Source: Chiloscyllium plagiosum (Eukaryota). Taken from it: a DNA stretch of 50,000 bases. The stretch is taken from NCBI RefSeq assembly GCF_004010195.1, contig NW_025214722.1:1-50000 (forward strand), given 5' to 3'. Below, piece by piece: positions 1 through 13,162 of the stretch. Below the pieces are notes generated by a model that did no database searches, was not told the DNA's origin, and saw only the letters and a program-made list of their open reading frames with translations. The translations under genes were made by a program, and so were the position numbers. Within the stretch, counting starts at the first letter, position 1, and each line of letters begins with the position of its first letter.

Positions 1-399
1 TGGCTTTCAGCATCTGCAGGGGTTTTTTTTTGTCTCTGTTTCTAAATTGTCAGGCTGTTTGTCCCTTGCCCAGCAGTGGATGAACAGAACTTTCCCCCAA
101 CTAGATATTGGGCCGATTGGTTCATTGTCCTTTGGCCCCATCACCCATTCCACTCTGTAGCCACTGATTCCATTCATCTCCCTGGCAACTGTCTGAGGGT
201 GAATAATCTTGGTGTCATAGTTGGGTTGAAATGAGTTTCCATCCACACCCATACAGCATTACGGGAATTCCTATTTTCATCTCTGTGACAACGTCCAGTG
301 TACCTCAGTTGATATACTGCTGAACACTCCCAGGCCCCTTGACCTCTTTGACCTCAGAACTGCAATTGTGGCAAATACCCCATGCTCTATTTTTAACAA

Positions 400-800
400 T
401 GAATGAACCAAAGCCCTGCTGTCTGTCTGCACCTTGACTTGTACAAAGTTGCATGCAATTATGCATTATCCTTGTACCCACTGAATTCCATTGGTTCCTG
501 GTTTTGCAACACTTAGATGTTAAAAATCCATCACTGTTTTTCAAATCCCTTTATGGTGTTGCTGTGGATTAAACTAAAAAGACACAAAATTCTGGAATTT
601 CTTTCCAAATCTCTCTGCCTTTTGCTGTTCTTCCATCCTTTGAAACACCCTTAAAGCTTATCATCTTTTTCAAACTTTTGGTTGGTTTCCCTAATATCTC
701 ATAATATGCTTTGTTGTCAAGTTTTCTTTGATAACAGTCCTTTAAAGATTCCTGGGATATTTTACTTTTCTAAATGCTAGATATGATTACAAGTTGTTCC
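400..800 (+). mobile_element. Degenerate L2-type LINE 3' end
   Basis: Remnant of the L2 C-terminal 'HWLPV..F KI' region and an L2-like tail ending ...tacaagttgtt; resembles the reverse copy at 22020-22560. Confidence 0.5.
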
Positions 801-934
801 AGTTTATGGAATCTTTCTTTGTAAAAATTATCTGCTACTAAATATAGCAACAGTGATCACACCTCAACAGTAGCTCATTGGCCTTGAAATAATTGAAATC
901 TCCTCGAGATGTGAACAGCACTTTATGAAGTCAA

Positions 935-3236
935 TAAAGCATGGAGCTGGAAAATGCACAGCAGATCAAGCAGCATCAGAGGAACAGGAGAGTTGATGTT
1001 TCAGGTCAGAACTTTTCATCAGGACGGGAAGGGGGAAGGGGGAAGGCGGCTGAGAAATAAATAGAGGGATGGGATGGGGCTTGGGGAAATGTAGGTGGGA
1101 TGCAGGTAGGGGGCGATTGTGATTGGTCATTGAGATGGGTGGAGTGGATAGGTGGGAGGGAAGATAGACAGGTTAGGTCAGGTCAAGGAGGTGGGGTGGA
1201 GAGGGAGGGCTGGACCTGGGATGAGGTAGGGGAAATTAGGAAGCTAGTGAATTCTAATGTATAGAATGTAGGGGAATAGATGGTGACACCTTGCAAAATG
1301 TTCGTATTACAGAGGAGGAAGTGCTGGATGTCTTGAAACGGGTAAAGGTGGATAAATCCCCAGGACCTGATCAGGTGTACCCCAGAACTCTGTGGGAAGC
1401 TAGAGAAGTGATTGCTGGGCCTTTTGCTGAGATATTTGTATCATTGATAGACACACATGGGAGACTGATTAGCAAGGTTCGATCTCACGGAATACAAGGA
1501 GAACTAGCCATTTGGATACAGAACTGGCTCAAAGGCAGAAGACAAAGGGTGGTGATGGAGGGTTGTTTTTCAGACTGGAGACCTGTGACCAGTGGAGTGC
1601 CGCAAGGATCGGTGCTGGGTCCTCTACTTTTTGTCATTTACATAAATGATTTGGATGCGAGCATAAGAGGTACAGTTAGTAAGCTTGCAGATGACATCAA
1701 AATTGGAGGTGTAGTGGACAGCGAAGAGGGATACCTCAGATTACACCAGGATCATGATCAGATGGGCCAATGGGCTGAGAAGTGGCAGATGGAGTTTAAT
1801 TCAGATAAATGCGAGGTGCTGCATTTTGGGAAAGCAAATCCTAGCAGGACTTATACACTTAATGGTGAGATCCTAGGGAGTGTTGCTGAACAAAGAGACT
1901 TTGGAGTGCAGGTTCATAACTCCTTAAAAGTGGAATCTCAGGTAGTTAGGATAGTAAAGAAGGTGTTTGGTATGCTTTCCTTTATTGGTCAGAGTATTGA
2001 GTACAGGAGTTGGGAGATCATGTTGCAGCTGTACAGGACATTGGTTAGGCCACTGTTGGAATATTGTGTGCAATTCTGGTCTCCTTCCTCTCGGAAAGAT
2101 GTTGTGAAACTTGAAAGGGTTCAGAAAAGATTTACAAGGATGTTGCCAGGGTTGGAAAATTTGAGTTATAGGGAGAGGCCGAATAGGCTGTGGCTGTTTT
2201 CCCTGGAGTGCCGGAGGCTGAGGGGTGACCTTATAGGGGCTTACAAAATTATGAGGGGCATAGATATGATGAATAGACAAGTCTTTTCCCTAGCGTGAGG
2301 GAGTCCAGAACTAGAGGGCATAGGTTTAGGGTGAGAGGGGAAAGATATAAAAGAGACCTAAGGGGCAACCTTTTCACACAGAGTTTGGAATGTGTATGGA
2401 ATGAGCTGCCAAAGGAAGTGGTGGAGGCTGATACAATTGCAACATTTAAGAGACATTTGGATGGGTATATGAATAGGAAGGGTTTGGAGAGATATGGGCT
2501 GGGTGCTGGCAGGTGGGACTAGATTGGGTTGGGATATCTGGTCGGCATGGACGAGTTGGACCAAAGGATCTGTTTCCATGCTATACGTTTCTATGACTCT
2601 ATGACTCTAATGTCAAGGCCATAAGGTTGTAAGCTCCCATGGTGGAAGGCGTTCTTCCTCCAGTTTGCATGTGGCCTTATTTTGGTGGTGGAGGAGGCCC
2701 AGGATGGACATGTCATTGGGGGAATGGGAAGGGGATTTGAAATGGCTGGCAACTGGAAGGTGGGGTTGATTGGAGCATACAAATGTTTCCTGAACCGATT
2801 ACTGAGTTGTGCTCGGTCTCTCCAATGCAGAAGAGACCATATCGGGAGCAATGGATGCAATAGACCAGGTTAGAAGAAATGCAGGTGAATCCCTGCCAGA
2901 CTTGCAATGATTCTTTTGGGCCCTGGACAGAGGTAAGAGGGAAAGTGTGGGGGCAGGCTTTGCATTTCCTGCTGCCCCAAGGGAATGTTTCAGTTGTGGA
3001 GGAGGAGTTAGTGCGGAGTGTGGACCTAATGAGGGAGTCACAGAGGGAATAGTCCATGCGGAAAGCGGATGGGGTGGAGAGGGAAATATCAAGTTGGTAG
3101 TGGGATCAGACTGCAAGTGGCAGAAATGGCAGAGGATGATGTCCTGAATTTGAAGATTAGTGGGGTGGAACGTGAGGATGGGGGACCTCTATCCTTGTTG
3201 CGGTTGAGGAGTGGTGGAGGTTTGTTGAGGGCAGAG
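935..3236 (-). mobile_element. Penelope-like element 3' fragment (GIY-YIG endonuclease remnant plus terminal repeat with decayed hammerhead), split by a CR1 insertion
   Basis: Minus ORF 2713-3057 contains FTCISSNLVYCIHCSRYGLFCIGET (PLE GIY-YIG type); minus 992-1025 reads gtcCTGATGA...GAAAcatcaac. Confidence 0.8.
1261..2605 (+). mobile_element. CR1 LINE, 5'-truncated and internally deleted, with 8-bp TSD
   Basis: ORF 1291-2298 has GVPQGSVLGPLLF, LADD and LEYCVQFWSP; (ctatgact)n tail; TSD tctaatgt at 1253-1260 and 2606-2613. Confidence 0.93.
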
Positions 3237-3368
3237 GTATCCTTTGATGCTATGCAGAAACAAGTTCTTCCTTCCTTTAGTTAGTGCATGAGAAATATCT
3301 GGATGATAGGTAGAACTACTCAAAGGAGAAATAATGATGGAAAAAGCTGGTCAAGAATGATATATTTA

Positions 3369-3887
3369 CCATAAGACCATAAGACATAGGAGCGGAAGTA
3401 AGGCCATTCGGCCCATCGAGTCCACTCCGCCATTCAAACATGGCTGATGGGCATTTCAACTCCACTTACCCGCATTCTCCCCGTAGCCCTTAATTCCTTG
3501 TGACATCAAGAATTTATCAATTCCTGCCTTGAAGACATTTAGCGTCCCAGCCTCCACTGCACTCCACGGCAATGAATTCCACAGGCCCACCACTCTCTGG
3601 CTGAAGAAATGTCTCCACATTTCTGTTCTGAATTTACCCCCTCTAATTCTAAGGCTGTGTCCACGGGTCCTAGTCTCCTCGCCTAACGGAAACAATTTCC
3701 TAGCGTCCACCCTTTCCAAGCCATGTATTATCTTGTAAGTTTCTATTAGATCTCCCCTTAATCTTCTAAACTCCAATGAATACAATCCCAGGATCCTCAG
3801 CCGTTCCTCGTATGTTAGACCTACCATTCCAGGGATCATCCGTGTGAATCTCCGCTGGACACGCTCCAGTGCCAGTATGTCCTTCTG
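3369..3887 (-). mobile_element. Young 5'-truncated CR1 LINE (open C-terminal ORF2 frame)
   Basis: Minus ORF LERVQRRFTRMIPG...RRLRGDLIETYKI...FFSQRVVGLWNSLP; octamer tail (ccataaga)x2 on the + strand. Confidence 0.92.
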
Positions 3888-4962
3888 ATGATGAAAGGGA
3901 GAGCTGAGCAATCATCATGTTTATCATGTCAAGGGTAATACTATGACACTTCCATTTTGTAATTTAGTTTGTAAAGTAGCAAAAATAATTGCTATCTGTA
4001 TTTTTGCAATTGTTTCATCAAACAAAAAGCAGTAAAAACTGTCTGGTAGCTTCATTCTGGTTCTGACAGATATTTTGATTAGGCACTAGACAACTTAAAT
4101 GTACAGAAAATACTTTGTTTTTGCCATATAGATGATATGTCCTTACAAGAGAAAAACAACTATTTGAATTTCTCTCTCCCTCTCTCTCTCTAATTACCTG
4201 ACATACTCCACCTCTATATATATTCTGATTGTTTACTCCAAAGATGTATAGTCAGACATTCAGACTGTTAACTCCTTTGAGATTACATTTCTTGTTTACT
4301 TCATGTAATCTTTGTTAAGAAGCATAGTGCTACATTATTCAAGAACATTCACTCATGATTGATGCAGTCTAGCTAACTCTCCCTTACATTCCAGTTGATA
4401 AGCAGGTATCTAGCGTGGAACAGGCCCTCTTTATTCATGTTCTTGTGTACTTCCCTAGCAACCAATTAGTTTTTATCTAATATGTAACCCTCAATTCTCC
4501 ATCATATTCACCATATCCTACTCACTTTTATAAATTACATTTTTTATTTCCATAAAAGTTCAATGTACTTTAAAAAAAGACATTTATTTATATTTGTATA
4601 CTTATGTAAAATGCTATCAACAGAACCAAATCCAATAATTTGATAGTTTTTGAACTTTTATTTTAAATACGATGGCTGAAGTACAATCTTGCTTTGGGCA
4701 CATCTAAATGAGGAAGGCTCAAGTTACAGCAACAGGATTTGAATTGGCAGCAATTCAAATGTGGAAACCTTGCCTGTCTCTTTAACTCCCTTTGCAATAC
4801 ACTGTGATAGAATTGAGGAAATTCTTGAAATGCAGTGCATTGCTAAGGGCAGATATTGCTGGTTTTAACGGTTATAACTTGCTCTGACCTGTATTTCTGA
4901 ATGTGAAAGAAAAGCAGGCCAGAAGTAAACTCTTACTTCTGCACTAGAAGAAGAGAACACTT

Positions 4963-5241
4963 TAGATTTAGCTTACTTATAGTGTGGAAACAGGCCCTTC
5001 AGCCCAACAAGTCCACATCGACCCTCCAAAGAACAACCCACCCAGATCCATTCCCCAACACCTAACACTACGGGCAATTTAGCATGACCAATTCACCTAA
5101 CCTGCACATCTTTTGGACTGTGGGAGGAAACCGGAGCATCCGGAGGAAACCCACGCAGACACAGGGAGAATGTGCACACTCCACACAGACAGTCACCCAA
5201 GGCTAGAATAAAACCCAGGTCCTTGGCACTGTATGCCGCCC
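4963..5241 (-). mobile_element. HE1-type (V-SINE) tRNA-derived SINE with a deletion in the 5' head
   Basis: Reverse complement of the V-domain ctgcgtgggtttcctccggatgctccggtttcctcccacagtccaaa; CR1-like tail. Confidence 0.88.
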
Positions 5242-6065
5242 ATAACTTTCACAATTAAAAACTTAGAAAACAATTCATGTTATAGGATGGGATTTTCAAT
5301 ATGCGCTATGGGACTTCTGATATCGTACTTTGCTTACAATACTGATACAACACCATCTTAAAATGCAACTTTCCCAATTGAGCTTGAGGCAAACCCAGTT
5401 CTCCAATTAGCGGTATGACAAGTGTTAGTGAGAACTGCTCCAAGACAATGCTCAAAGCCAGCTAATAGGCATGACTGGGCTTGCCATTTTATTTTCCTCC
5501 TGTAGATTGGGAAGAAGTTCAGAGAGCAAGCAGTGTTATGGTGTAAGAAGTGGCTTAATCATACTGTATTCAATCCACACTGCTCAAATGATGGTAACTT
5601 TTGGCACCGCTCATGCACTTCAGCTTGAACAACCTTTTCACTATAACACTTCTAGTTTAGTATCAATAGCACATCATGGCTTCTTGCTGTGGTCCTACGT
5701 ATGCATACACATGCCCCAGATCATCTCCTCTTTTGGTCGCTGCATCATAATTTCATCTGGCCCTTTGCTAGGCTGTCGTTGAGCTTAACAGAAGCTTAAT
5801 TTGAGGGGAGGAATTTGCCAGATCCCCACCTGATGCCTCACTTTGGAAGTTATGGGGTGTACTGCATGCTCACCCGGATTCTGGCCATGGGGAACCAGTT
5901 TAACTAAAATCAGTACAGACAAGGAAAATAGTGACTTTGAGTCCCTTTCGAATCTTCAGTGGTGTGAAGCAAAGATGTGAGCTGGACCTTAGATTATTCA
6001 TTATTTTCTTTGGAACGATGACGGCGCAAACAGCAGATCTTACAGACAGTGCTTTTAAAATACAA

Positions 6066-7100
6066 TCAGGAGTAAGCCACTCGGCCCTTTGAGCTTCAAT
6101 ATGATCATGGCTAATCAATCAACTTTGTTCCCACTTTCTCTCTGTACCCTTTGACCCCTTTCCTATCTAATTTCTTCTTGAATATATTCAAAGTTTTGGC
6201 CTCAAATATTTTCTGTGGCAGGGAATTCCACAGGCACACCACTCTCTGGGTGAAGAAATTTCTCTTCACTTCAGTCCTAAATGACCTATCAGGTACCTTT
6301 AAACTGTGACACCTGATTCTGGACTCTCCAGTCTTCCAGAACACCCTTCTTGCTACCCTATCTGGTCCTGCTAGAATTTTATATGGTATCTCATTCTTCT
6401 AAGCTCCAGTGAATATAGTTCTGACTGATCCAGTATCTATTCATAAATCAGTCCAGCCGCTCCAGGAATTAGTATGGTAAATGCTTGTTGCACTTCCTCC
6501 AATCACCACAATATTCTTCCTCAGATAAGGAAACCAAAACTGCACAAAATAGTCCATGTGATCTCACCAAGGCCCTGTACAATTCTAACAAACATCCCTG
6601 CTTCTATACTCAAATCCACTCACTATGAAAGTCAGCAGGTCATTTGCCTTTTTTGCTGTCAGCGACACATGCATGCTTACTTTAATGTACCTCCTTATTT
6701 CTAACCCATCACCATTCGGATAATAACCTGTCTTCCTGTTTTGTTATCAAAGTGGATTATGTCATATTTATCTACAGTGTAGTTTGCCTGTCATGCTTTT
6801 GCCAACACATTCAACTTGTCCAATCACACTGAAGCATCTTGACATCTTCCTCACAATTCATGCTCCCACCCAATTTTAAGTCATTTGCAAACTCAAAGAT
6901 ATTACATTTAGCTCCTTAATTTAAATTGTTGACGTAGGCTGTGAATAGCTGGGGTCCAAGCACTGATCTCTGCAATATCCCACTGGTCACTGGTTTGCAT
7001 TTGTAAAATGACCTGTTTGTTCCTATGCTGTGTTTCCTGTCTGCCAGCTATTCCTCTATCCATGTCAGTACGCTACTCCCATCCCATGCACTTTAATGTT
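6066..7100 (-). mobile_element. Degenerate CR1 LINE 3' part
   Basis: Minus ORF ...FRTEVKRNFFTQRVVCLWNSLP; RT remnants. Confidence 0.85.
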
Positions 7101-7769
7101 ATGTGCATTTTTGTTGTTTTTGTTCACTTCAGATCAGATGAAGGTCCTTTCAGTCTAAGTCTCCTTCACAAAGACAAAGGAAAATCTCACCCATAAGCTT
7201 CTTTTCACTGGTGACTGCACTGTCCTTGTCCATAGTCAGTCAGACCTGCCATGTATAACAACACTTTTTTTAAGGTGGAACAACTCTCCAGATTAAAACT
7301 CATTTTAAAGAAATCTGAAGTTCTGCAGAAGCTGCACCTCAAGAAGAATATGGATCTTCAAATATTGTCATCGAGAGATTAAGCTGAATGATGTCAAACA
7401 ATTCATCTATTGGAGAATGTCATTTGCTTCATGAGCTGGGTATAGAACATTTGTTTATGCCACATTTTCTAGACCTCTGTTCAATTCAGGAGCAAACAAT
7501 CCTAAAGAAAGGCTGCATGGTTGCTCAGGATGCTACCAGGTAATGATATCATCTCAAGGTCATCATCAAAATTATCAATGTCCTGAGCAGGATTGGGGTT
7601 GAGGTTCCCATTGTCATCTTATACCTTCCATTTTTGCCCCTCTCCCATTGCTACAAGACATGTGTTGCAATTGGGGAGATCAGTTCTTCCTTCATCCCTG
7701 CTTAAAAGGAGAGTGCCGTCCCACCCATTGAGCGTTTGTCATGGCCCAATGAACTAGAATGGTAGCAGT

Positions 7770-8875
7770 GAGATCTCCAAGCCATAGGTTTACAACAGTT
7801 TATGGAGAAATATTGATCGGTTAAGAAAGTAGGCAAAAAGTTGGCAATTGGAGCATAATGTGGGAAAATGTGAAGACGTTCATGTTGAAAGGCAGAACAA
7901 ATAAAATGAATGATTGTGTCAGAAAGATGTACAGCACAGAAACAAACCTTTTGGTCCAACTCGTCCATGCTGACCAGTTACCCTAAATAAATCTAGTCCC
8001 ATTTGCCAGCATTTGGCCGATATCCCTCTAAAACCTTCCTATTCATATATGCATCCACATAGAGACTTGCATTACAAAGGGACTTTGAAGTATTTGTGCA
8101 TGAAACACAGAAAGATAGCACACAGGTGCAGCTTGTAATCAGGAAGGTTTATGGAATGTTGGCCCTTTTTGCAAGGGGTTTAGAGTATAAGTGTAGACAA
8201 GTCTGAGTGCAACTGTACAATGTGCTGGTGAGACCACATCTGGAGTACTGTAAGCAGTTTTCATCCCCTTATTTATGGAAAGATATCATTTGGTTTGAGG
8301 CAGATCAGAGAAGGTTCATTAGGATGATCTCTGATGTGCAAGGATCTAGTATGAGTAAAGGTGGAACAGGTTGAGACTCTACTCACTGGAGTTGAGAATT
8401 ATGAAAGATGATATCATTGAATCATACTGGATTTTTAAGGAGCTTGACAGGGTAAATGCTGAGAGGATGTTTCCCCTCATGGTTGAGTCGAGGACCAAAC
8501 AGCATAGTCTCAGAATAAAAGGGTGTCAATTTAAAACTGAAATGAGGAAGAATTGATTCACTCAGTGTTGTGAGTCTTTGGAACTCCTTGCCATAGAAAG
8601 GTGTGGGTGCATAGATTTAAGGCTGGGGTTGATCAATTATTAATCAGGGGAATCAAGGGTTGCAGGGAAAAGGTCAGGATATTGTTAACTTTGATGATCA
8701 ACAGATGACATAATCACTGGGTAGCACCCTGAGCAACCATGCAGCCTTACTTTAGGACTTTTTGCTCCTGAAAATGCAGGAAAGTGGGGTTGTGGATGTC
8801 AGATCAGCCATGATCCTGTTGAATGGCAGAGTAGGGTCAAGGTCAAATGACCTACTCCTGTTCCTATACCGCTGG
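7770..8875 (+). mobile_element. Degenerate CR1 LINE 3' part with a nested minus-strand CR1 tail at ~7925-8058
   Basis: ORF 8371-8556 LYSLELRIMKDDIIESY...FKTEMRKN; nested agatgtacagcacagaaac tail. Confidence 0.8.
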
Positions 8876-9371
8876 TTGTATGGTATGGCTGTTACTATTA
8901 ATGGGTAAGACATCAAAGGACAGGCAATAAATTCTGGCCAGCCAGCGACGACCATGTCCTGCAAGTGAATAATGAAAATTTGTCCACTGTTATGCCTGCC
9001 AGCTAACGGTGTGCCAGTCTGTGATGTTTAGAGCCAGCATTGAGAGTTGTGTGCAGATGATGACTGAGTATTCCAGTCCATTCTAAGAGTAGGGTGCAAC
9101 TGATTGAAGGTAATTCAGGTGGCCTTGGTCCAAGTCGTATCTATTCTGGAGATATGTAAAAAAAAAATCTCTGAACAAGTTGATTAAAAAAATCTATGTC
9201 TATCTGAATACTTCATAACTGAAGCATACAGAGTGTTTAAACAATCTCTAGTGTGAGTTGTTGAGCATAATATAGAAATAAAGTAATAAAATCTATTCTT
9301 ATAAACATTTTCCATATTCTTGCTAGTCAGGGTATCACACAGGCAGTAATAAGTGTTTGTATTCAGCACTT

Positions 9372-9812
9372 ATAGTCATAGTCATAAAGATGTACAGCAC
9401 AGAAACAGACCTTTCAGTCCAACTTGTCCAAGTCAACCAGATATCCTTAATTAACCTAGTCCCATTTGCCAGCACTTGGCCCATATCCCTGTAACCATTC
9501 CTATTCATATGCCCATCCAGATGTCTTTCAAATGTTGAAATTGTGCCAGCCTCCACCAATTCCTCTGGCAGCTCATTTCACACACGCACCACCCTTTGCA
9601 CCTTAGGTCCCTTTTAAATCTTTCCACTCTCACCCTAAACCTATGCCTTCTAGTTCTGGACTCCCTCACCCAGGGAAAAGATCTTGTCTATTTATTATAT
9701 CCATGCCTCTTTATAAACTTCTGTAAGGTCACCCCTCAGCCTCCAAAGCTCCAGAGAAAACAGGTTCTGCCTATTCAGCCTCTCCCTTTGGCTCAAACCC
9801 TCCAACGCTGGC
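9372..9812 (-). mobile_element. CR1 LINE 3' fragment (same subfamily as 1261-2605)
   Basis: VEAGTISTFERHLDGHMNR; tail atagtcatagtcata. Confidence 0.88.
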
Positions 9813-11065
9813 AATATGGGTGGAAGTTAGAAACAGCAAGGGAGCAGCCACCTCATTGGGGGTTTTCTACAGACCCCCTAATAGCAGTAGAGAGGACAAA
9901 GAACACATAAACTGGCAGATTTTGGAAAAATGCAGATGTAACAAGGTTGTTGTTATTGGTGACTTCAACTCACCCAATATTGATTGGAACCTCCTAAGTG
10001 CAGATAGTTTGGATGGAGCCATTTTTGTCAGGTGTGTTCAGGAGGGTTTACTTACTCAGTATGTAGACAGGCCGCTGAGGGGAGAAGCCATTTTTAATTT
10101 GGTGCTTGGCAATGAGCCAGGAGAGGTGTCAGATCTCACAGTGGGAGAACACTTTGGTGATAGTGATCACAACTGCCTCACATTTACCACAGCCAGAGAG
10201 AGGGAAAGGAGCTGTTACCAAGGGAAGATATTTAATTGGGATAAAGGAAATTATGACGCTATCAGACAGGAGTTGGGAAGTACAGGTTGGGAGCAATTGT
10301 CCCACAGAAAGGGCACAACAGACATGTGGAAACTGTTTAAGGAGCAGTTGTTGCGAGTGATGCATAAATTTGTTCCATTGAGGCAGGCAAGAAGGGGTAA
10401 GATTAAGGAGCTTTGGATGATGAGAACAAAGGAGCTCCTTGTCAAAAGGAAGAAGGCAACTTATGTAAGGTGGAGGAAGCAAGGATCTAGCACAGTTTTA
10501 GCAGATTACAGGCTTACTAGAAAGGAGCTCAAAAATGGACTGAGGAGAGCCATGAGGGGACACAAAAAAAGGCTAGGCAAGAAGGATCAGGGAGAACCCA
10601 AATGCATTTTACTCATATGTGAGGAATAAGAGAATCTTCAGGGAGAAGGTAGGGCTAATCAGGGATAACATCGGGAACTTGTCTGTGGAACCTGAGCAGA
10701 TAGGGGAAGCCCAAAATTAGTTTTTTGCTTCAGTTTTCACAAAGGAAAGGGACCTTGTTATGAATGAGAACTTTGAAGAGCCGGGAAACAGGCTTAAACA
10801 GATCGAGATTGAGGAAGTTGGTGTGCTGGAAATTTTGGCAAACATTAACATTGATAAGTCCCCAGGGCCAGACCAGATTTATCCTAGGTTGCTCTGGGAA
10901 ATGAGAAAGGAGGTTGCTAAGCCACTGGCGAAGACTTTTGCTTCCGCACTCTCCACAGGAGTCATCTGAAGGATTGGAAGGAAGTGAATGTTGTCATTCT
11001 TTTCAAGAAGGGTAATAGGCAAATCCCTGGCAATTACAGATCAGTCAGTCTTACATCTGTGGTCA

Positions 11066-11246
11066 TAGAACATAGAACATAGAAGAATAAAGCGCAGTAC
11101 AGGCCCTTTGGCCCTCGATGTTGCGCCGATCCAAGCCCACCTAACCTACACTAGCCCACTATCCTCCATATGCCTATCCAATGCCCGCTTAAATGCCCAT
11201 AAAGAGGGAGAGTCCACCACTGCTACTGGCAGGGCATTCCAAACCT
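11066..11246 (-). mobile_element. Short CR1 3' end nested in CR1, 6-bp TSD
   Basis: (catagaa)x3 tail; TSD tggtca at 11060-11065 and 11247-11252. Confidence 0.85.
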
Positions 11247-12133
11247 TGGTCAGCAAGGTTTTGGAAAGAATTCTGAGGGATAGAATTTAAGACTATTTGG
11301 AAAAACATAGTGTGATTAAAAGCAGTCAGCATGGCTTTATGAGGGACAGGTCATGCCTCACAAACCTTATTGAGTTCTTTGAGAAGGTGATGAGAAAGTT
11401 GACAAAGGACAGGCAGTGGATGTGGTGTATATGGACTTCAGCAAGGCATTTGATAAGGTTCCCCATGGTAGGTTCATTCATAATGTCAGAAGGTATTGGA
11501 TACAGGGAGATTTGGCTGTCTGGATTCAGAATTGATTGGCTGACAGAAGGCAGAGTGGTTGCATATGGAAAGTATTCTGCCTAGAGGTCAGTGGTGAGTG
11601 GTCTCATGCAGGGCTCTGTTCTTGGGCCTCTGCTCTTTGTAGTTTCTATAAATGACTTGGATGAAGAGGTTGAGGGGTGGGTTACTAAATTTGCCAATGA
11701 CACAAAGGTTGGAGGTGCCATTGATAATATCAAGGGCTGTTGCAGGCTTGTAGTGCAACATTGACAAGTTGCAGAGCTGGGCTGAGCAATGGCAGGTGGA
11801 GTTCAATCTTGATAACTGCGAAGTGATGCATTTTGGAAGGTCGAGCTTGAATGCTGAATATAGGATTAAAGACAGGACTCTTGGCAGTATGCAGGAACAG
11901 AGGGATCTTGGTGTTCAAGTGCATAGAAATCTCAAATTTGCCATCCAAGTGGATAGGGTTGTTAAGAAAGCATATGGTGTTTTGGCTTTCATTAATAGGG
12001 GGATTGAGTTTAAGAGCCGTGAGGTTTTGCTGCAGCTCTACAAAACCCTGGTGAGACCACACTTGGAATATTGTGTCCAGTTCTGGTCGCCATATCATAG
12101 GAAGGATGCGAAGGCTTTGGAGAGGGTGCCACT

Positions 12134-12438
12134 GGGCGGCACGGTAGCACAGTGGTTAGCACTGCTGCCTCACAGCGCCAGAGACCCGGGTTCAATTCCC
12201 GACTCACGCGACTGATGTGTGGAGTTTGCACATTCTCCCTGTGTCTGTGTGGGTTTCCTCCGGGTGCTCCGGTTTCCTCCCACAGTCCAAAGATGTGCAG
12301 GTCAAGTGAATTGGGCTAAATTACCTGTAGTGTTAGGTAAAAAGGGGTAAATGTAGGGGACCCGGTTGCGCTTCGGTGGGTCGGTGTGGACTTGTTGGGC
12401 CGAAGGGCCTGTTTCCACACTGTAAGTAATGTAACGTA
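12134..12438 (+). mobile_element. HE1-type (V-SINE) SINE nested in CR1
   Basis: A box (ggtagcacagtgg), B box (ggttcaattcc), V-domain and CR1-like tail; interrupts the host at LERV|Q.RFTRML. Confidence 0.92.
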
Positions 12439-13162
12439 AAAAAAAGGTTTACCAGGATGCTGCCTGGACTGGAGGGCTTTTCTTATGAAGAGAGGTTGAC
12501 TCAGCTCAGACTTTTCTCTCTGGGGAGAAAGAGGAAGAGAAGTGACCTGATCGAGGTGTACAGTACAAGGTAATGAGAAGCATGGATAGGGTTGATAGTC
12601 AGAGACTTTTCTCCAGGGCACGATTGACTGCCACGAGAGGTCATAGTTTTAGGGTGTTAGGAGAAAGGTATAGAGGAGACATCAGAGGTAGGTTCTTTAC
12701 ATAGAAACTTGTGAATGCTTGGAATGCATTGCCAGCGGTGGTGGTGAAAGCAGAGTCATTAGGGACATTTAAGCGATGGCTGCACGTGCACATGGTCAGC
12801 AGTGAATTGAGGGGTGTGTAGGTTAGGTTATTTTATTTTAGATTAGGATTAATCCTTGGCACAACATCTTCTGTGCTGTATTCTTCTATTTTCTGTGTAG
12901 CAAGGCAGCAGTTTCAATTCCTTCTCTGTGCAAAATTTCCTGACATTTGCAATACTGCTGTGTCTCAGGATTGTTGGATTAGAAAGTAAGGGGAAAATAA
13001 ACCACCCAGGATTCCTGCTCCTAATTAATGACCTATATTAAGAAAATACTGGCAACAGTCAAATAGCATACTGTTATTTGGTATCTTTAAACATGAAGAC
13101 AGGTTATGTAGTTCTGTACGGAGCTAGGAACTCATGCTTCAAAACAATTTGCGCCGGTTTTG

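Larger units (their letters stand above)
9815..12895 (+). mobile_element. Long decayed CR1 ORF2 (APE endonuclease + RT + 3' end) carrying two nested insertions
   Basis: GVFYRPPNS, GDFNSPNIDW and GDSDHN (APE); KSPGPDQIYPRLL, SQHGFM and LEYCVQFWSP (RT and C-terminus); multiple stops and frameshifts. Confidence 0.93.

Noticed and set aside
1291..2298. 335-aa ORF as a host gene or active reverse transcriptase
   Set aside because: CR1 ORF2 fragment with a TTG start, an internal deletion and no endonuclease.
9820..10629. 269-aa ORF as a stand-alone endonuclease gene
   Set aside because: APE domain of a decayed CR1; the downstream RT has stops and frameshifts.
12134..12205. tRNA gene
   Set aside because: It is the tRNA-derived head of an HE1 SINE, followed by the V-domain and LINE tail; the same applies to 37216.
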